A DNA stretch of 64,000 bases from an uncultured Gemmatimonadaceae bacterium (GTDB taxonomy: Bacteria > Gemmatimonadota > Gemmatimonadetes > Gemmatimonadales > Gemmatimonadaceae): positions 192,001 to 256,000 of the forward strand of contig CAWHHI010000012.1 of assembly GCA_963829055.1 (NCBI GenBank), read 5' to 3'. The position numbers and the translations under genes are program-made. The notes under the pieces are model-generated. The model saw only the letters and a list, made by a program, of their open reading frames with translations, did not search any database and was not told where the DNA came from. This document shows, one piece after another, positions 23,466-34,088 of this stretch; the stretch's first letter is position 1, and the number at the start of each line of letters is the position of its first letter.

Positions 23466-23564
23466 ACAGCCACCATACGCCGGCAGTTACTTAGCCGCGG
23501 CTGCCGCGAGTGCGGATGAGCCGATCAAGGCGACACTCGACACGACATTATACCAGGGTGACCG

Positions 23565-25331
23565 ATGCTCCTTTCCGGACGTAGGATTTCGGCGTTGACG
23601 CTCGCGATGGCGACGTTCGCGCTCGCGGCGTGCAGTGACGATGACCCCACCGAGCCCACTGTTCCGCCGGTGCTTGGCGCGTCGGCCGCTCCGAATCCCG
23701 CGGCGACGACCAGCAGCATCATCGTGACGTTTCAGAGCCGAACTGGCGACAACAGCTACAACATCGAACGTGCGGAAGGCGCGACGGGCGGCACGTTCGC
23801 GCAGGTAGGCACGGTACCAGCTCCGGCAGCTCCGGTGACGGTCACGTACACGGACAATGCGTTGAAGCTGAACACGACGTACCGCTATCGCATCTTCGCG
23901 GTGCGCGGCTCGCAGACGAGCACCGCGTCGTCGGAGTTTACCGCAACGACCGCAGCGGCAGGCGGCGCCGGCAACGTCGATGTGACCGCCGATATCGCGA
24001 CCAATACGACGTGGACGAACGACAAGACATACACGCTCAAGGGCTTCATTCACGTCGCCAGCGGTGCCACCCTAACGATTCAGCCGGGCACCAAGATCAT
24101 GGGCGACTTCGCCACGCTCGGATCGTCGCTGTTCATCCTCCGCGGCGCGAAGATCAACGCCGTCGGGACGGCCGATGCGCCGATCGTCTTCACGTCGTCA
24201 CGCGCGGTGGGTCAGCGCCAGCCGGGTGACTGGGGCGGCCTGATCATCATCGGCAATGCGAAGATCAACCGGAGCGGCACGGTTTCGGTCGAAGGCACCG
24301 GAACCGATGGCTCCGCCGTGGTGAGCGGCAAGAACTACACGGTTAATTATTCTGGCGGGACCGCGGACGATGACAACAGCGGCACCCTCAGCTACGTCCG
24401 AGTGGAGTTCGCTGGCTTCGCGCCCGCGCCCGATCAGGAGCTCAACTCGTTCACGTTCGCGGCCGTCGGAAGCGGGACGCGCATCTCCTACCTCCAGTCG
24501 ATGGCCGGTCTCGACGACTCCTACGAGTTTTTCGGCGGCGGCCTCGTTGGCGATCACCTCGTATCGTACGAATCGGGCGACGATCACTTCGACATGTCCG
24601 AAGGCTTCAGGGGCAAGCTGCAGTACCTGATCGCGTTCCAGTCGACGCAGCTGACGCCGCGCACCGGTTCGGGGTCACTCGCGAGCGATCCCGAAGGGAT
24701 CGAGAACGACGGCTGCAACGGCAGCGGCTGCGACCTCGGTTTCAACTCGGCGCCATTCACGATTCCGGTGATCGCGAACTTCACGCTCGTCGGCACGGGC
24801 GACGCGGCCACGTCCGGTACCGCAGGCGGACTTGGCATGATGGTTCGTCGTGGCACCGGCGGGTACTACGTGAACGGCGTCATCGCTCGCTACCCACGCG
24901 GCGGCGTGAGCCTTCGCGATGCAGACACGTACACCCGCGCTGGCGCGACGCCCATCACGGACTTGGCGACCGCCGACCTCGCGATCAAGAACGTCCTGTT
25001 CACCGAGAACGCGACGATCTTCCAGGGCGCGAACGGCACGAACGTCCAGAACTCGCTCGACCTCGCAGGCAACTCGCTCGTGAGCAGCACCACGGCAACG
25101 GCGGCACTGTTCACAGCGTTTCCTGCGACGGTGAGCGGCACGACGACGGCGGCGGCATTCGACTGGACGCCCGCAACGGGGGCACCGATCACGACGGGCG
25201 GACTCGCGACGTTTACCGGCAAGCTCGCGACGGCTGCAGGGACGACGGTCGCCGGAACGGCCTATCTCGGAGCTGCGCAGCCGGGTGGCACGAAGTGGTG
25301 GCAGGGATGGACGATCTACGCGCGCAACTAG
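23565..25331 (+). CDS. Surface lipoprotein with fibronectin-III-like domain and probable beta-helix domain
   Basis: Lipobox ALAAC; YNIERA...YTDNAL...TYRYRIFAV (FN3); GDWGGLIIIGNA, NSGTLSYVRVEFAG, DDSYEFFGG, DDHFD; ends WWQGWT. Confidence 0.8.
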   Translation: MLLSGRRISALTLAMATFALAACSDDDPTEPTVPPVLGASAAPNPAATTSSIIVTFQSRTGDNSYNIERAEGATGGTFAQVGTVPAPAAPVTVTYTDNALKLNTTYRYRIFAVRGSQTSTASSEFTATTAAAGGAGNVDVTADIATNTTWTNDKTYTLKGFIHVASGATLTIQPGTKIMGDFATLGSSLFILRGAKINAVGTADAPIVFTSSRAVGQRQPGDWGGLIIIGNAKINRSGTVSVEGTGTDGSAVVSGKNYTVNYSGGTADDDNSGTLSYVRVEFAGFAPAPDQELNSFTFAAVGSGTRISYLQSMAGLDDSYEFFGGGLVGDHLVSYESGDDHFDMSEGFRGKLQYLIAFQSTQLTPRTGSGSLASDPEGIENDGCNGSGCDLGFNSAPFTIPVIANFTLVGTGDAATSGTAGGLGMMVRRGTGGYYVNGVIARYPRGGVSLRDADTYTRAGATPITDLATADLAIKNVLFTENATIFQGANGTNVQNSLDLAGNSLVSSTTATAALFTAFPATVSGTTTAAAFDWTPATGAPITTGGLATFTGKLATAAGTTVAGTAYLGAAQPGGTKWWQGWTIYARN

Positions 25332-25418
25332 ACCATTCGTGTGATTCCGAGGACGCTGTCGCCCTCGGATCTCTCACCGGGAGCGATAGCTTCATCTGAC
25401 CCATTCCGTTTCAGCGTC

Positions 25419-26122
25419 ATGACAGCGCCGTCCCGCCGTCGCCTTCTAATGACGCGCTCTCCGCAGCGATCCTCGCGTCGGGCTATCCGCGGCGTGCGAC
25501 AACGGTGCGTCCGTCTCGAACCGCGCGAGCGGCATCCGCTGACTCCGCCACCGCGGAGCAGCGCGCCGAGTCGGAGCGCGCGCGACAGGACTCCATCGTG
25601 CGGGCGCGGCCCGGGTACATCGTCGACAGCATCCTCCCTGTCGAAGAACAGATTCGGCGATTCCAAGCGACGCTTGGCACACGCCCAGGGGGATTTTCTC
25701 ACGGCGCGGCCACGCGAAAGGCACTCGTCGCGCAGTTCGTTCGCGCCATCGAGCGCAACGACACGACAGCGCTCACCCAGCTGGTCGTCGACCGCGACGA
25801 GTTCGGCTACCTGGTCTACCCGACGTCGCCTAACGTGGCACCGCCCTACCGCCAGGCGCCCGATCTGGTGTGGCTCATGCGCTCCGCCGGCACGGAGAAA
25901 GCCGTCACGAGATTAATGGCCCGATTCGGCGGCCGACCGCTTGGATTTGTAGGGCACTCCTGTGCCACACCGCTCGAGCGCCAGGGCGAGAACACCGTCT
26001 GGTCTCGCTGCGTCGTTCGCCGTGCCGGAGACGGAGGCAACACGACTTCGCTACGGATGTTCGGCTCGATCATCGAGCGCGGCGGCCAGTTCAAGTTCCT
26101 TTCCCTGAGCAACGGACTCTGA
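25419..26122 (+). CDS. Hypothetical, probably exported protein (5' end uncertain or frameshifted)
   Basis: ORF 25505..26122 ...PGYIVDSILPVEEQIRRF...RMFGSIIERGGQFKFLSLSNGL, co-oriented within the cluster. Confidence 0.5.
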
Positions 26123-26154
26123 CCCGACGCCACCAGACAATCAGTCAACCGAGT

Positions 26155-26206
26155 GCGACGGGCGCGTTACCCGTGCGTTGCGAGTCCGTTACAAAACCCG
26201 GATAAT
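26155..26206 (+). promoter_or_regulatory. Four Pho-box-like units with 11-bp period followed by a -10-like GATAAT
   Basis: GCGAC 26155, GTTAC 26166, GTTGC 26177, GTTAC 26188, GATAAT 26201; upstream of porin-pstS. Confidence 0.6.
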
Positions 26207-26261
26207 GTAACGGCGCAATGGTCGAGCACCCTGCGGCCGCTCTCCAACCTCGGACAACTGA

Positions 26262-27476
26262 ATGCGTCGACTATCCGGATTGCTCTGCTGCGCCGTCACG
26301 ATTGCAGCAGCCGCTCTCTCGAATACCTCGCTCTCCGCACAGGACACCACTCGAACCACCCGTCCCGATACGGCGCGGCAACCCGCCGACACGCAACCGA
26401 CACCGCCCCCGCCGGCCCCCGCTGCGTCGCTGCCATTCGACTTCTCCGGCATCATTTACGCGAACTACCAGTACGGTGGCGTGAAGGGCAATCGCTCCGT
26501 CAATCGCTTCGAGGTCGAGCGCGCGTATCTGACCTTTCGCGCGACACCGGGCGAGCACTTTTCCATTCGCATCACGACGGACCTGTACCAGCAGCGCGAT
26601 ACCACGCGCGACCAGTACTACCGCGGGTGGGCCATCCGCGCGAAGTACGCGTACGTGCAATACGACTTCATCCGCGGCATCGGCGATGAGCTGAAGGCGA
26701 ACGTCAGGCTCGGCCTGTTACCGACCGTGATCATCGAACAGGAGGAGCAGTTCTGGCAGCGAGGCCTCTCGCAGGTGGCTATCGAGCAGAACGGGTTCTT
26801 CTCGTCGTCCGACGCCGGGGCGGCGACCACGTTCACCCTGCCGCGCAAGCGCGGCGAGTTCTACGCCTCCATCACGAACGGGTCAGGGTACGCGTCGCGT
26901 GAAACGGACCGCTTCAAGGACTACGCGGCGCGCCTCACGCTCACGCCGCTCGCGAACACGTTCGGATTCTGGAAAGGCCTAACGATCTCGCCGTGGTATT
27001 ACAATGGTGATCGCGCGAGCGACTTCGCCCGTCGCCGGGGCACGGTCGCCGCTGTGTCGAGCGCACTACGAAAAGACCGAGCGGGCGTGTTCATTGGCCT
27101 CCGCGATCCGCGAATCGTCCTCGGAGCCGAGCTCGCGCAGAAGTGGGACGTCTTTGAATCGGCAGACACCACGCGTGACATAACGCCGACGGCGGTCGAG
27201 CGAACGGCACGTGTAATCTCGCTCCACACGACGATTCGCCCGCTGACGTTCATCAACAGCGCGCCCAACTGGCCTGTCGCCATCGTGCTCCGCGCCGACG
27301 ACATCAAGCCGAACATCGATAGCGACCCGTACACCCGGAACTACATCGCCGGTCTGCAGTGGGAGTTCAACCGGCGAACGTCGTTCACGTTCGACTATCA
27401 GAACCAGGTGCCGAAGGACGGCAGCACGGCTGTGGACAACAAGGTGTACTTCCTCCACGTCATCGCCGCGTTCTGA
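26262..27476 (+). CDS. Outer-membrane beta-barrel, putative phosphate-selective porin
   Basis: Signal peptide, FEVERAYLTF, KYAYVQY, alternating strands, terminal Phe; directly upstream of pstS. Confidence 0.7.
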   Translation: MRRLSGLLCCAVTIAAAALSNTSLSAQDTTRTTRPDTARQPADTQPTPPPPAPAASLPFDFSGIIYANYQYGGVKGNRSVNRFEVERAYLTFRATPGEHFSIRITTDLYQQRDTTRDQYYRGWAIRAKYAYVQYDFIRGIGDELKANVRLGLLPTVIIEQEEQFWQRGLSQVAIEQNGFFSSSDAGAATTFTLPRKRGEFYASITNGSGYASRETDRFKDYAARLTLTPLANTFGFWKGLTISPWYYNGDRASDFARRRGTVAAVSSALRKDRAGVFIGLRDPRIVLGAELAQKWDVFESADTTRDITPTAVERTARVISLHTTIRPLTFINSAPNWPVAIVLRADDIKPNIDSDPYTRNYIAGLQWEFNRRTSFTFDYQNQVPKDGSTAVDNKVYFLHVIAAF

Positions 27477-27515
27477 ATCGTGATGCAGCCGATCAACCTA
27501 ACGAGACATCATCGC

Positions 27516-28550
27516 ATGCGAAAATTTGCAAAGCTGGCCGTCCTCTGCCTGGTGCCAGTCGCACTGAGCGCACAGGCTGACCTCACTGGGGCGGGCGCTA
27601 CGTTCCCGTATCCGATCTACTCGAAGTGGTTCGCCGAATACGCCAAGACGGGCGTGAAGATCAACTACCAGTCCATCGGATCGGGCGGTGGTATCCGCCA
27701 GCTCTCCGACGGCACGGTCGACTTCGGCGCATCGGACTCGCCGATGACGGACGGTGAGATGCAGAAGGCGAAGGGTGGCCGCGTGCTGCACTTTCCGACG
27801 GTCATCGGCGCCGTCGCGATCGTGTACAACGTGCCTGGCATCTCGAAGCCGCTCAACCTCGATGGCGGTACGGTCTCCGACATCTTCCTCGGCAAGGTTC
27901 GTAAGTGGAACGACGGCAAGATCGCCAAGCTCAATCCCGGCGTCTCGCTGCCCGCGCGCGACATTCTCGTGGTCCATCGCTCGGATGGCAGCGGCACGAC
28001 CTACATCTTCACTGACTTCCTGTCGTCGGCGAGCAAGGAGTGGCTCGCGGGACCGGGTCGGTCGAAGGAGGTGGCGTGGCCAATCGGCCTCGGGGGCAAG
28101 GGCAACGACGGCGTTGCCGGTCAGGTCAAGCAGATTCCCGGCGCCATCGGGTATGTCGAGCTGGCGTACGCGCGGCAGAATAACCTGGCCTTTGCCGCCA
28201 TCAAGAACGCGGCTGGCGCCTTCATCACGCCGTCAGTGGAATCGGCGACGGCCGCGGCAGACGGTGTCGCCGCGAAGCTGAACCCGAAGAGCGACTATCG
28301 CGTGTCGATCGTCAACGCGCCCGGTGCACAGGCGTACCCGGTGACGTCGTTCACGTGGCTGCTGGTGTATCAGGATCAGACCGATCCGATCAAGGGGAAA
28401 AAGCTCGTGGACTTCATGCGCTGGGCCCTAACGAGTGGCCAGGCGTCCGCGGCCGCGCTGGACTATGCGCCACTTCCGAAAGTGATCGCCGATCGCCTCG
28501 TCGAACGGTTAGGCACGATCCGGATGTCCGGGGCGGCGGCGACCCAGTAG
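27516..28550 (+). CDS. pstS: Phosphate ABC transporter binding protein PstS (soluble, signal peptidase I type)
   Basis: GAGATFPYP, YQSIGSGGG, DFGASD, HRSDGSGTT, GKGNDGV, IGYVE, YAPLP. Confidence 0.96.
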   Translation: MRKFAKLAVLCLVPVALSAQADLTGAGATFPYPIYSKWFAEYAKTGVKINYQSIGSGGGIRQLSDGTVDFGASDSPMTDGEMQKAKGGRVLHFPTVIGAVAIVYNVPGISKPLNLDGGTVSDIFLGKVRKWNDGKIAKLNPGVSLPARDILVVHRSDGSGTTYIFTDFLSSASKEWLAGPGRSKEVAWPIGLGGKGNDGVAGQVKQIPGAIGYVELAYARQNNLAFAAIKNAAGAFITPSVESATAAADGVAAKLNPKSDYRVSIVNAPGAQAYPVTSFTWLLVYQDQTDPIKGKKLVDFMRWALTSGQASAAALDYAPLPKVIADRLVERLGTIRMSGAAATQ

Positions 28551-28575
28551 CGCAGTTCCGACCCGCCGGCGGAGT

Positions 28576-28591
28576 GTGACGTGGCCGTTAC
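28576..28591 (+). promoter_or_regulatory. Pho-box-like pair with 11-bp spacing
   Basis: GTGAC 28576 and GTTAC 28587, upstream of the second pstS. Confidence 0.5.
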
Positions 28592-28655
28592 ATGCCGTAG
28601 CTCCGCCTGTCCGGTTCGCACGACAACGTTCAGATAACTCCATTTGGAGGACGCA

Positions 28656-29757
28656 GTGACTCGTTCGACTCTATTCACCCTCGCCGCCGCTGGACTCGTC
28701 TCCACCGCCGCATGCGCGGGCAGCGATACGAAAGCTGCATCGGACTCGAGCGCCGCGAGCAGCGCGCCGTCCGCATCGACGAGCGCCCGCGTCGACCTTA
28801 CCGGCGCAGGTGCAACGTTTCCGTATCCGATCTACTCGAAGTGGATCTCCGATTACAGCGCCAAGACGGGCGTCAAGATCAACTACCAGGCGATCGGATC
28901 CGGCGGGGGAATTCGGCAACTCCAGGAAGGCACCGTCGACTTCGGTGCATCCGATGCACCGATGACCGACGAGGAACTGGCGAAGGCGAAAGGTCCCGTC
29001 CTGCACATTCCCACAGTGCTCGGCGCGGTTGTTCTGACGTATAACGTGCCCGGCCTCACGCAGCCGCTCAATCTGAGCGGCGACGTAATCGCTGACATCT
29101 TCCTCGGAAAGATCACGAAGTGGAATGACAGCCGCCTTGCGTCGCTCAACCCTGGCGTGAAGCTGCCTGCTCGCGATCTCCTCGTCGTTCATCGGTCGGA
29201 GGGCAGCGGTACGACGTACATCTTCTCCGATTATCTGACAGCGGTCAGCCCTGCCTGGGCAGCTGGCCCCGGCAAGGGGAAAGAGCTCAAGTGGCCCGTG
29301 GGCTTGGGCGGTCGGGGCAACGATGGCGTCTCGGGTCAGGTGAAGCAGACACCAGGCACGATCGGCTACGTCGAGCTCGCGTACGCGAATCAGAACAAGC
29401 TCGCGGTCGCGAAGGTGAAGAACGCCGCCGGACAATTCGTTGCGCCGACGATTGCGTCGATCACTGCGGCCGCCGCGGGCGCCGCGGAGAAGCTTCCACC
29501 GACAACGGACTACCGCGTATCGATCGTCAATGCACCGGGCGCCGCAGGCGTATCCGATCTCGTCGTTCACGTGGCTGCTCGTGTATCAGCGGCAGACGGA
29601 CGCCACGAAGTCGAAGAAGCTCGTCGATTTCATGAAGTGGGCGCTCACGGAAGGTGAAGGGTCCGCAGCGACGCTCGACTACGCACCGCTGCCGGCATCG
29701 CTCGGCGCACAGCTCATGGATCGCGTGGCATCGATTCAGGTCGGCACCGCGTCGTGA
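28656..29757 (+). CDS. pstS: Second PstS, lipoprotein type (apparent frameshift near 29545)
   Basis: Lipobox-like TAAC, same PstS motifs; C-terminus YPISSFTWLL...YAPLP in the next frame; GGAGG RBS. Confidence 0.93.
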
Positions 29758-30740
29758 GCGAAGTCGCTCGCCCGCTGGTCACCACGCGTCAGGACGACAC
29801 CGGGATCGCGGCACGCATCGAAGGCTCGGCCATCGGCGATACGGTGTATCGCTGGATGACGACGGCCTTCGCGTTATGCGTCCCGGTCTTGTTGCTGCTC
29901 ATTGCGCTCGGGGTCGGGACCGCGGCGTGGCCGGCGTTCAAGGCATTCGGCTTCGGGTTTCTCACCTCGAGCGACTGGGATCCGCCGCATAACGTGTTCG
30001 GCGCCGCGCCGGCGATCTACGGGACGATCATCTCCGCGATCATCGCGCTCGTGATCGCGACGCCGCTCGCGCTGGGTGTCGCGATCTTTCTGTCGGAATT
30101 CGCGCCGTCCTGGCTGCGTCAACCCGTCGCGTTTCTGGTTGACCTGCTCGCCGCGATCCCGAGCGTCGTCTACGGGCTGTGGGGCATCTTCGTTCTGCAA
30201 CCGGTGCTCCGGGATCGCGTCATGCCGTTCCTCGCAGGACTGCCGGTGATCGGGAAGTCGGCGTTGTTCGAGGGCCCGGCATACGGCCCGAGCATGTTAG
30301 GCGCCGGCCTCATCCTCGCCATCATGGTCCTCCCGTTCATCTCCGCCGTGTCGCGCGAGGTGCTGATGGCCGTTCCTCGCTCGCAGCGCGAGGCTGCGTT
30401 GGCGCTGGGCGCCACCAAGTGGGAGATGATCGCGGACGCGGTTGTGCCCTATGCACGATCGGGAATCATCGGCGGCATCATCCTTGGTCTCGGACGTGCA
30501 CTCGGCGAGACGATGGCGGTCACGATGCTGATCGGCAACGTCCACCAGATCTCGGCGTCGCTGTTTGCGCCCGGGTACACGATGGCGTCGCTGATCGCCA
30601 ACGAATTCGCGGAAGCGACGGGCGATCTCCACCTGTCCGCGTTGATGGGCGTCGGCGCTGTGCTGTTCGTGCTCACGTTGATCGTCAACGCCATCGCGCG
30701 CTGGCTCGTGTGGCGCGTGTCGCGTGAGGCGCGTTCGTGA
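29754..30740 (+). CDS. pstC: Phosphate ABC transporter permease PstC
   Basis: LLAAIPSVVYGLWG, REAALALGATKWE, LGLGRALGETMAV, IANEF. Confidence 0.96.
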   Translation: MSEVARPLVTTRQDDTGIAARIEGSAIGDTVYRWMTTAFALCVPVLLLLIALGVGTAAWPAFKAFGFGFLTSSDWDPPHNVFGAAPAIYGTIISAIIALVIATPLALGVAIFLSEFAPSWLRQPVAFLVDLLAAIPSVVYGLWGIFVLQPVLRDRVMPFLAGLPVIGKSALFEGPAYGPSMLGAGLILAIMVLPFISAVSREVLMAVPRSQREAALALGATKWEMIADAVVPYARSGIIGGIILGLGRALGETMAVTMLIGNVHQISASLFAPGYTMASLIANEFAEATGDLHLSALMGVGAVLFVLTLIVNAIARWLVWRVSREARS

Positions 30741-31669
30741 CGACGTCAACGATGCCGGTCAAGCCAGGCAATCGCGGACCTCGCCCGTCCGGCGTTCAGC
30801 GTGCCGCGGCGGAGCGAACCCGCACGACACTCGGGCGGCGGCGTGTCGTGAACGTCGTGATGATCGGCGTCACGATGCTCGCCGCCGTCGTGGCCACGCT
30901 GCCGTTGATCTTCATCCTCGGCCATCTGATCAGCGCCGGCGCGTCGTCGATCAATCTCGCGTTCTTCACCGAGATCCCGAAGCCGCCGGGCGAAACCGGT
31001 GGCGGCATGGCGAACGCGATGGTCGGCACGCTGGTGCTGATCGGCGCGGCGTCGGCCGTCGGCCTGCCCGTGGGAATCGGCGCAGGGCTCTACCTCGCCG
31101 AGAATCGAGGGACGCTGCTCGCGAACGCCGTGCGCTTTCTATCGGACGTCTTGAACGGTCTGCCGTCGATCGTCATGGGCATCTTCGCGTGGCAGTTCCT
31201 CGTGAAGCCCATGGGCAAGTTCACGGCGCTGGCCGGTGGCATCGCGCTCGGCGCCATGATGATTCCGCTGGTGACGCGCACGACGGAAGAGATGATCAGC
31301 ATTGTGCCCGTATCGCTCCGCGAGGCTGCGCTGGCGTTAGGCTATTCGCGCTGGCGCACGTCGCTCGTCGTGGTGTTGCGGACTGCATTGCCGGGCATCG
31401 TCACCGGGGCGCTCGTGGCCGTGTCACGCATCGCCGGCGAGACGGCGCCGCTGCTGTTCACCGTGTTAGGCAATCAGTTCTGGTCGTTGTCGCTCCGCGA
31501 ACCGATTGCGGCGCTCCCGCTACAGATCTTCAATTTCGCGATCAGCCCGTACGACGCGCAGCATGCGCTCGCGTGGGCTGGTGCGCTGGTCCTCATTGGT
31601 ATTGTCCTCATCATCAGCCTTGCAGCCCGTTTCGCGACACGCTCCCGATTCGGCCGTGGTGGCGACTGA
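30737..31669 (+). CDS. pstA: Phosphate ABC transporter permease PstA
   Basis: YLAE, LNGLPSIV, LREAALALG, RIAGETAPLLFT, AWAGALVL. Confidence 0.96.
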   Translation: MTTSTMPVKPGNRGPRPSGVQRAAAERTRTTLGRRRVVNVVMIGVTMLAAVVATLPLIFILGHLISAGASSINLAFFTEIPKPPGETGGGMANAMVGTLVLIGAASAVGLPVGIGAGLYLAENRGTLLANAVRFLSDVLNGLPSIVMGIFAWQFLVKPMGKFTALAGGIALGAMMIPLVTRTTEEMISIVPVSLREAALALGYSRWRTSLVVVLRTALPGIVTGALVAVSRIAGETAPLLFTVLGNQFWSLSLREPIAALPLQIFNFAISPYDAQHALAWAGALVLIGIVLIISLAARFATRSRFGRGGD

Positions 31670-32492
31670 GTCGCCGCGGGTTCCCCGCCCCACCGCGTCT
31701 GCACCGGCGGCGGCGGTGGGCGGGCCGGCTCGCGTGCGCCTCGACGCGAGCCGGCTGAGTGCGTTCTTCGGTGCCGCCGAAGTCGTACGCCAGGTCTCCA
31801 TCACGTTCCGCGATCGCGAGGTCACCGCGATCATCGGGCCATCGGGGTGCGGCAAGTCCACGCTGTTGCGCTGTCTCAATCGCATGCACGAGACGGTGCC
31901 GACAGCGCGCGTCACCGGTGCGATCACGCTCGACGGCCAGGACATCTACGCGCGCGGCGTGAATCCCATCGAGGTGCGACGTCACGTCGGTATGGTATTC
32001 CAGCGCCCGACGCCATTCCCCACGATGTCGATCCGTGACAACGTCGCCGCGGGGCTGCAGATCCTCGGAAGCAAGCGCCCTTCCCGAAGCGAGACTGACG
32101 GCATCGTCGAGGACGCGCTCAAGCGCACGGCGCTGTGGGACGAAGTGAGCACGCGTCTCAGGGACAGCGCCGTTGGCCTCTCGGGCGGTCAACAACAACG
32201 TCTGTGCATCGCACGCGCGCTCGCCACGCGACCCGCGGTGCTCCTGCTCGATGAGCCAACGGCGTCGCTCGATCCGATCAGCACGCAGAAGGTCGAGGAG
32301 CTCGTCTACGAGCTGCGTCGCGACATGACGGTCGTGATCGTCACCCACAACATGCAGCAGGCGGCCCGCGTGTCGGACCGGACGGCATTCATGCTGAGCG
32401 GCGAGCTGGTGGAGTTCGCGCCGACGAACGCGCTGTTCACCACGCCGTCGGATTCGCGGACGGAAGCGTACATCACGGGACGGTTCGGGTGA
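31659..32492 (+). CDS. pstB: Phosphate ABC transporter ATPase PstB, copy 1
   Basis: [59 protein letters not shown]. Confidence 0.95.
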   Translation: MATESPRVPRPTASAPAAAVGGPARVRLDASRLSAFFGAAEVVRQVSITFRDREVTAIIGPSGCGKSTLLRCLNRMHETVPTARVTGAITLDGQDIYARGVNPIEVRRHVGMVFQRPTPFPTMSIRDNVAAGLQILGSKRPSRSETDGIVEDALKRTALWDEVSTRLRDSAVGLSGGQQQRLCIARALATRPAVLLLDEPTASLDPISTQKVEELVYELRRDMTVVIVTHNMQQAARVSDRTAFMLSGELVEFAPTNALFTTPSDSRTEAYITGRFG

Positions 32493-32503
32493 CGTCATCG
32501 TTA

Positions 32504-32617
32504 GGGACATCGGGACCGGGGACCGGGGACTCGGCGAAAGCACGGTCGTGCCGCGCGCCGCAGCGCTGCGAGCGGCTTTCGCCGAGTCCCCAGTCCCCAA
32601 TCCCCAGTCCCCAGCCC
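32504..32617. repeat. Palindrome built from heptamer repeats (GGGGACC/T left arm; CCCCAGT/CCCCAAT right arm)
   Basis: ggggactcggcgaaagc...gctttcgccgagtcccc core followed by ccccagt ccccaat ccccagt ccccagc. Confidence 0.8.
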
Positions 32618-33372
32618 ACCCTGGCACCATCGCCGCGCGCGATTTCTCGTTCTGGTACGGCGCGAAACAGGCCCTCTTCGATGTCAACCTGACGATTCCG
32701 TCGCGCGCCGTGACCGCGCTCATCGGGCCGTCGGGCTGCGGCAAGTCCACGTTCCTGCGCTCCATCAATCGTCTCAACGCGCTGATTCCCGGAGCGAAGC
32801 ACTCCGGAGCCATCGAGCTCGATGGCGAAGACGTGTACGGGCAGGCCATGACCGCCGTCGCCCTTCGACAGCGCGTGGGAATGGTATTCCAACGCTGGAA
32901 TCCGTTTCCCAAATCCATCTACGACAACGTCGCGTACGGCCCCCGCATCAACGGCGGTGCCTCACGCGCCGAGATCGATGAGATCGTCGAGCAGTCGTTG
33001 CGGCGCGCCGCGTTATGGGACGAAGTGAAGGACCGGCTCCGCCAGAGCGCGTTAGGTCTCTCGGGCGGGCAGCAGCAACGACTGTGCATCGCGCGAGCGC
33101 TCGCGAATGAGCCGGAGGTGCTGCTGCTCGACGAGCCCGCGAGTGCGCTCGATCCGATCGCGACGCAGAAGATCGAGGAGCTGCTCTACGAGCTCCGTTC
33201 CGAGTTGACCATTGTCATCGTGACCCACAACATGCAGCAGGCGGCTCGCGTCTCGGACCACACCGCCTTCTTCTACCTCGGACGGCTCGTCGAAGTGAAC
33301 GAGACCGGACGGCTGTTCACGACCCCGCGCGAGGAGCGCACCGAGGCGTACATCACTGGGAGATTCGGATGA
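32548..33372 (+). CDS. pstB: Phosphate ABC transporter ATPase PstB, copy 2 (true start may be GTG 32489 with an indel)
   Basis: [45 protein letters not shown]. Confidence 0.93.
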   Translation: MPRAAALRAAFAESPVPNPQSPAHPGTIAARDFSFWYGAKQALFDVNLTIPSRAVTALIGPSGCGKSTFLRSINRLNALIPGAKHSGAIELDGEDVYGQAMTAVALRQRVGMVFQRWNPFPKSIYDNVAYGPRINGGASRAEIDEIVEQSLRRAALWDEVKDRLRQSALGLSGGQQQRLCIARALANEPEVLLLDEPASALDPIATQKIEELLYELRSELTIVIVTHNMQQAARVSDHTAFFYLGRLVEVNETGRLFTTPREERTEAYITGRFG

Positions 33373-34088
33373 GTCCCGAGGCCGCTGGCTTTCGTCATTT
33401 CCACGATCAGCTGCGAACGCTCAAGGAGCGCCTGCTCGACATGTCCGCCCGCGCCGAGGAGCTGGTCGATCTCGCGGTCGAGTCGCTGCTCACCCGCGAC
33501 AAAGACAAGGCGGACACCGTCATCAGTGGCGATCACGAGCTCGACATGATGGAGCTGGAGTGCGAGAACCTCGCCGTGTCGCTGCTCGCGCTCCAGCAGC
33601 CAATGGGGCGTGATCTCCGCTTCATCATCAGCGCCATCAAGATCACGAGCGACCTCGAGCGCGTTGGAGACCACGCGGTGAACATTGCCCAGTCCGCGCT
33701 GCGTCTCATCGCGCTGCACGTCGAGATTACGCCGACGCCTGAGATCGAGGATATGGCGCGGCGGTCTCGCGGCATGCTCGCCCAGGCGCTCGACGCGTTC
33801 ATCCGTGCTGACGGTGCCGTCGGTCGCGAGGTGTGCCGAGCGGATGACGCCGTCGATGCCCTGCACGACTCGGTCTTCCGTATCCTGCTGACTCACATGA
33901 TGGCCGACGCCCGCACGATCACCCCGTCGCTGGAGTTGTTGCTCGTGAGCCGCAACCTCGAGCGCGTCGCCGACCTCGCCACGAACATCGGCGAAGATGC
34001 GGTTTTCCTAGCCGAGGGGAAGCAGATCAAGCATCATTATGAGGAGCAGCAGCGCGACCGCGCTGTCATCCCTCAACCGACTGGTTAG
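33369..34088 (+). CDS. phoU: Phosphate signalling protein PhoU
   Basis: [39 protein letters not shown]. Confidence 0.96.
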   Translation: MSPEAAGFRHFHDQLRTLKERLLDMSARAEELVDLAVESLLTRDKDKADTVISGDHELDMMELECENLAVSLLALQQPMGRDLRFIISAIKITSDLERVGDHAVNIAQSALRLIALHVEITPTPEIEDMARRSRGMLAQALDAFIRADGAVGREVCRADDAVDALHDSVFRILLTHMMADARTITPSLELLLVSRNLERVADLATNIGEDAVFLAEGKQIKHHYEEQQRDRAVIPQPTG

